Below, in pieces: positions 60,495 to 64,000 of a stretch of DNA of 64,000 nucleotides. The notes beneath the pieces are model-generated. The model was not told the DNA's origin. It saw only the letters and a list, made by a program, of their open reading frames with translations, and ran no database searches. The stretch is taken from NCBI GenBank assembly GCA_963702475.1, contig CAVPCT010000003.1:416001-480000 (forward strand), in the 5' to 3' direction. This stretch comes from an uncultured Thermoleophilia bacterium (GTDB lineage: Bacteria; Actinomycetota; Thermoleophilia; UBA2241). A program made the position numbers and the translations under genes. Position 1 is the first letter of the stretch. Every line of letters begins with the position of its first letter.

Positions 60495-61058
60495 ATGAAG
60501 CGGTTCAGGGTCTTGTTCGGGCAGCGGCGGTTCCAGCTGTTGGTCACCGTCGCGGTGGTGCTGCTTGCCGCGAGCGTGGTCATCGGTTCGGGCGCTACGT
60601 TCACGAGCACGTCGGCCAACCCGGACAACCTGCTCACTACGGGCAACCTGCATCACAGCAGCACCCCGGCAGATGGGACGGCGATCATCACGGCGGCTTT
60701 GATGAAGCCCGGCGACACCGCCAACGGTAGCATCACCCTCACCAACGACGGCGACATCCCCGGCACCTTCACGCTCTCCAAGACCATCACATCCAATGTG
60801 CCCGGCCTGTTCGGCGGCGACCTGGCGGGCAAGCTCCTGCTGACCATCTCGGAGGGCGGCAGCACCGTGTGGAGCGGCACCATCGGTGGCGACCTGACCT
60901 CGGTCGGCCTCGGCACGTGGGATCCGGGCGCCGCGCACACCTACGACTTCACGGTGACCTTCCCCGACTCCGGCACGCCGACGAGCAACACCACGGAGGA
61001 CAACGCCTACAAGCACGCCAGCATCACCGCGCAGTTCGTCTGGACTGCCGTCCAGTGA
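60495..61058 (+). CDS. TasA/CalY (camelysin)-like protein with a SipW-type signal peptide
   Basis: Hydrophobic leader ending SGATFT, N..TTGNL, MKPGD...SITLTNDG, YDFTVTFP...NAYK...AVQ; GGAGGT SD. Confidence 0.8.
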   Translation: MKRFRVLFGQRRFQLLVTVAVVLLAASVVIGSGATFTSTSANPDNLLTTGNLHHSSTPADGTAIITAALMKPGDTANGSITLTNDGDIPGTFTLSKTITSNVPGLFGGDLAGKLLLTISEGGSTVWSGTIGGDLTSVGLGTWDPGAAHTYDFTVTFPDSGTPTSNTTEDNAYKHASITAQFVWTAVQ

Positions 61059-61070
61059 CCTGAGAGCTCC

Positions 61071-61118
61071 GCGTCCGGGGGCGGGCTCGGTCCACAGCCC
61101 GCCCCCGGACGCTTCTCT
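61071..61118 (+). terminator. 17-bp perfect hairpin with a pyrimidine tail after the first TasA-like gene
   Basis: gcgtccgggggcgggct-N8-agcccgcccccggacgc-ttctct. Confidence 0.65.
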
Positions 61119-61135
61119 CGCACACGGGGGACCAC

Positions 61136-61681
61136 GTGCTCACGACGAGCCGCGACATCTGGGTAAGGAAGGTACTCCTCTCTCTGGTCGTGCTCGCGGT
61201 CCTCGCCCTCACCTTCAGCTCCCTCGAGCTCTCGGGAGCGAGCTTCACGTCCGGTGCTGCCAATCCGGGTAGTGTCTTCACCGCCGGGAACCTGTCGCAC
61301 GTCAACGACCGCGATGGCCAGCTGACGATCGACGCGAGCGGCCTGACCCCCGGCGCCACCTGCGCCGGGACGATGACGCTCCTCGCCACCGGCGATCTTG
61401 ACGGCGACTACACACTGCGTGCCTCCCGCCTCACCGACACGCCGGGACCGGCAAGGCTCTCGACCGTGCTCACGCTGACCATCGAGGAGGTCGGTGAGGT
61501 GAACGACACGCTGTACGACGGGCCGGTGGCCGGCTTCTCCTCGGCCGCCCTGGGCACCGTCTGGGCCGGCACGGCGCGCACCTACGTTCTCTCGCTCGCG
61601 TATCCGGAGGGCCCCAACGACGCTGCCCTGCAGGGCGCGACCATGGTGCTGGAGCTCGTCGTCGCGGGGGTCGCGCGATGA
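61136..61681 (+). CDS. Second TasA/CalY-like protein
   Basis: SGASFT...VFTAGNL, LTPG, LYDG and LQGA motifs; paralogous to 60495. Confidence 0.72.
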   Translation: MLTTSRDIWVRKVLLSLVVLAVLALTFSSLELSGASFTSGAANPGSVFTAGNLSHVNDRDGQLTIDASGLTPGATCAGTMTLLATGDLDGDYTLRASRLTDTPGPARLSTVLTLTIEEVGEVNDTLYDGPVAGFSSAALGTVWAGTARTYVLSLAYPEGPNDAALQGATMVLELVVAGVAR

Positions 61682-62244
61682 CGCGCCTGGCCCGGCCGGC
61701 CACCACCGCCGCGTGCCTCGCGCTGTCCATCGCCCTCGTGCTCCTGGTGTTGGCCCCGGCGCTCCTGGGCCTGCATCGCTACGTCATCACCGGCGGGTCG
61801 ATGGCGGGCGCCATCGACAGAGGGTCGGTGGTCTACGCGCGGCTCACGCCGGTGGAGCGGCTCAGGGTGGGCGACATCGTCACATTCGTTCCACCCGGCG
61901 AGCAGCGCATGGTCACCCACCGCATCATCGGCATCTCCAGGACCAGGGACGGTAGGCTGGCCTTCCAGACCAAGGGCGACTTCAACACAGCTGCGGACCC
62001 CGGGAGGATCGTCTTCTCGCAGCCCCAGCAGGCGCGCTGCGTGTACCACATCCCGTACCTGGGCTATGCACTGGCGCCGCTGGGGAGCCGTCAGGTGCGC
62101 CTGGTGGTGATCGCTGTGCCGGCGATCGTCCTGGCCGTCTCGCTGTTGTGGTCGATCTGGCGGTCCGCCGGTGACGAACTGCGCCGCCGGGAGGCGGCGG
62201 ACCGCGCCCTGCCGCACACGTCGTCCGGCGCCGACGCTGAGTGA
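61678..62244 (+). CDS. sipW: Signal peptidase I, SipW/ER-type (S26B)
   Basis: VITGGSM, LRVGDIVTF, VTHRI, TKGDFN...DP and IPYLGY (Ser/His type). Confidence 0.88.
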   Translation: MTRLARPATTAACLALSIALVLLVLAPALLGLHRYVITGGSMAGAIDRGSVVYARLTPVERLRVGDIVTFVPPGEQRMVTHRIIGISRTRDGRLAFQTKGDFNTAADPGRIVFSQPQQARCVYHIPYLGYALAPLGSRQVRLVVIAVPAIVLAVSLLWSIWRSAGDELRRREAADRALPHTSSGADAE

Positions 62245-62248
62245 GCGC

Positions 62249-64000
62249 GTGAGTCGCGTCTTCGTCACCGCCCTCGCGCTGGCCTTGCTGGCTGCGGCCA
62301 CCGTCAACGTCGTGCTCTCAAGCGCGTCGTTCACGACGACGAGTGCGACGACGCTCCAGGTCTCCACCTCACTGCTGACCGACGACCGGATGGAGTCGTA
62401 CGCCGGCGACGGACAGACGGCCGTGGTGGATCACACCGTTGCCACGGCTCCGAGCGTGCTCGTGGAAGACGGTCACGGCAACCCCGTGTCGGGCATCGCA
62501 GTGACCTTCTCCGTGACGTCGGGGGGCGGCACGGTGACGGGCGGCACCAGCGTCACGGACAGCTCGGGCATCGCCGCAGTGGGCAGCTGGAAGCTGGGCA
62601 CGAGCGCGGGCGCCAACACGCTGAGGGCCTCAGCCGCCGGCCTCCCTGGGGAGGCCGTGTCCTTCTCGGCCACCGCGGTGGCCGGGCCGGTGGCCAGGTG
62701 TCAGGTCATCGCCGGCACCTACGCGCCGGTGGCCGGCAGCGATGTCACGATCACCGCCCGGCTCGCCGACGAGTTCGGCAACCCCATCCTCACGCCCGGC
62801 ATCGGCGTGACGTTCTCTCTGGCCGGCGAAGGGACACTCGTGGGTGCCAACCCCGCCGTGACCGATGACGCCGGCGCCGCGACCATCACGCTCACGACGA
62901 GTACGGTGGCCGGCAGGGTCGCCACCGTGCGTGCCGAGAGCCCGAGTCCGGCGGTGAGCGGAGTGACGGCGCCGATCACGACTGTCGCCGGAGGGGCAGA
63001 CCGAATCGCCGCCACCGGCGGAGACGGCCAGTCGGCCACCGTGGGAACGGCCGTCGCGGTGGTGCCGAGCGTCCGCGTGACCGACGTCCACGGCAACCCC
63101 GTCGCCGGCGTGACCGTGACCTTCGCCGTCGCCTCCGGCGGCGGCTCCGTGACCGGCGCCACGGCCACCACCGGCGCCTCGGGCATCGCCGCCGTCGGCA
63201 GCTGGACGCTGGGCACGATCGCCGGCGCCAACACCCTCACGGCTACCAGCGCCGGCCTCAGCGGCTCACCGCTGACCTTCACCGCCACCGGCCTCGCCGG
63301 CGAGGCCACCAGGTACGTCGTCACGTCGAGCAGCTACAACCCGTCTGCGGGCACGACGGTCACCATGACCGCCCAGCTCTCCGACGGGTACGGCAACGCC
63401 GTCCCGACATCCGGCAGCTCCGTCGCCTGGACCAAGTCGAACACCGGGGGGTCGTTCGGAGCCAATCCCACAGTGACCAACGCGAGCGGGATGGCGACCA
63501 CGACCTTCAGGACCAGCAGCACATCCGGCGTCGTCGCCACCGTCACCGCCACCAGCACCGGCATCACCGGCACCAGCGCAGCCATCACCACGCGTACGGC
63601 GTCAAGGCTCGCGCTTAGCGCCGGTGACGGGCAGTCCGCGATCGCCGGAGCGCTGGTCGCCCTGGCTCCCAGCGTCCTGGTCACCGACGCCGGTGGCAAC
63701 CCCGTGAGCGGCATCGTCGTCACGTTCTCGGTCGTTTCAGGCGGCGGCTCCATCACTGGGGGTTCGGCCACCACGAACGCGTCCGGCATCGCCAGCGTCG
63801 GCAGCTGGAGGCTCGGCGCGACCGCCGGCACCAACAGGCTGAGGGCGACCCGCAGCGGCCTCACCGGGTCCCCGCTGACGTTCACGGCGACCGGCGTCGC
63901 AGGTCCGGCCTCCAAGATCGTGGTCAATGCCGGCAACGCGCAGTCCGCCACTGTGAACACCGCCGTGACCACGGCTCCCAGCGTCAAGGTCACGGACGGC
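62249..64000 (+). CDS. Large Ig-like repeat (invasin/intimin Big_1-type) surface protein, partial; absent from the ORF track because it runs off the window
   Basis: Open frame from GTG 62249; leader ending SSASFT; recurring units GDGQ.A.V...PSV.VTD..GNPV.G..VTF.V.SGGG...SGIA.VGSW.LG..AG.N.L. Confidence 0.85.
   Translation, partial: MSRVFVTALALALLAAATVNVVLSSASFTTTSATTLQVSTSLLTDDRMESYAGDGQTAVVDHTVATAPSVLVEDGHGNPVSGIAVTFSVTSGGGTVTGGTSVTDSSGIAAVGSWKLGTSAGANTLRASAAGLPGEAVSFSATAVAGPVARCQVIAGTYAPVAGSDVTITARLADEFGNPILTPGIGVTFSLAGEGTLVGANPAVTDDAGAATITLTTSTVAGRVATVRAESPSPAVSGVTAPITTVAGGADRIAATGGDGQSATVGTAVAVVPSVRVTDVHGNPVAGVTVTFAVASGGGSVTGATATTGASGIAAVGSWTLGTIAGANTLTATSAGLSGSPLTFTATGLAGEATRYVVTSSSYNPSAGTTVTMTAQLSDGYGNAVPTSGSSVAWTKSNTGGSFGANPTVTNASGMATTTFRTSSTSGVVATVTATSTGITGTSAAITTRTASRLALSAGDGQSAIAGALVALAPSVLVTDAGGNPVSGIVVTFSVVSGGGSITGGSATTNASGIASVGSWRLGATAGTNRLRATRSGLTGSPLTFTATGVAGPASKIVVNAGNAQSATVNTAVTTAPSVKVTDG

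Noticed and set aside
62473-63993. Minus-strand ORFs over the last 1.5 kb
   Set aside because: They are antisense to the unlisted plus-strand Ig-repeat ORF, which has a signal peptide, repeats and operon context.

Overview
High-GC (~70%) chromosomal window from an actinobacterium, most consistent with an anaerobic Thermoleophilia-type organism (an inference from gene content, gene order and frequent leaderless promoters). The housekeeping backbone holds purC, pabB/pabC-like genes, rpsF-ssb-rpsR-rplI-dnaB, a System I cytochrome c maturation plus hemACD operon, rplM-rpsI, glmM-glmS (with a glmS ribozyme), acpS-nnr-CBS-alr and fpg. The most striking region is a ~15 kb molybdenum/tungsten island (18.5-33.4 kb). 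It has two Moco-class riboswitches, one with P3 and one without (the tungsten-associated form). These sit upstream of an ECF-type transporter with an NTPase-fused ATPase and five ORFs carrying eight sulfite-oxidase-type molybdopterin-binding-like domains; four of the five ORFs have export signals, and the domains appear to lack the catalytic Cys at its usual position. WtpABC, a molbindin, moaA, moaC and a MOSC-MogA fusion follow. I propose the island is an undescribed Moco/tungsten-cofactor scavenging and import system. Other notable signals: a candidate UUU_UGA_C +1 frameshift, CX4CH motifs next to the ccm genes, a dispersed MIRU-like 51-bp junction repeat family, a probable ATC start for rpsF behind an S6:S18 leader, an orphan micro-ORF/hairpin unit, and a SipW/TasA/Ig-adhesin fibre operon with a sigma28-like promoter running off the window end. 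All family assignments are by visual motif recognition; no searches were run.
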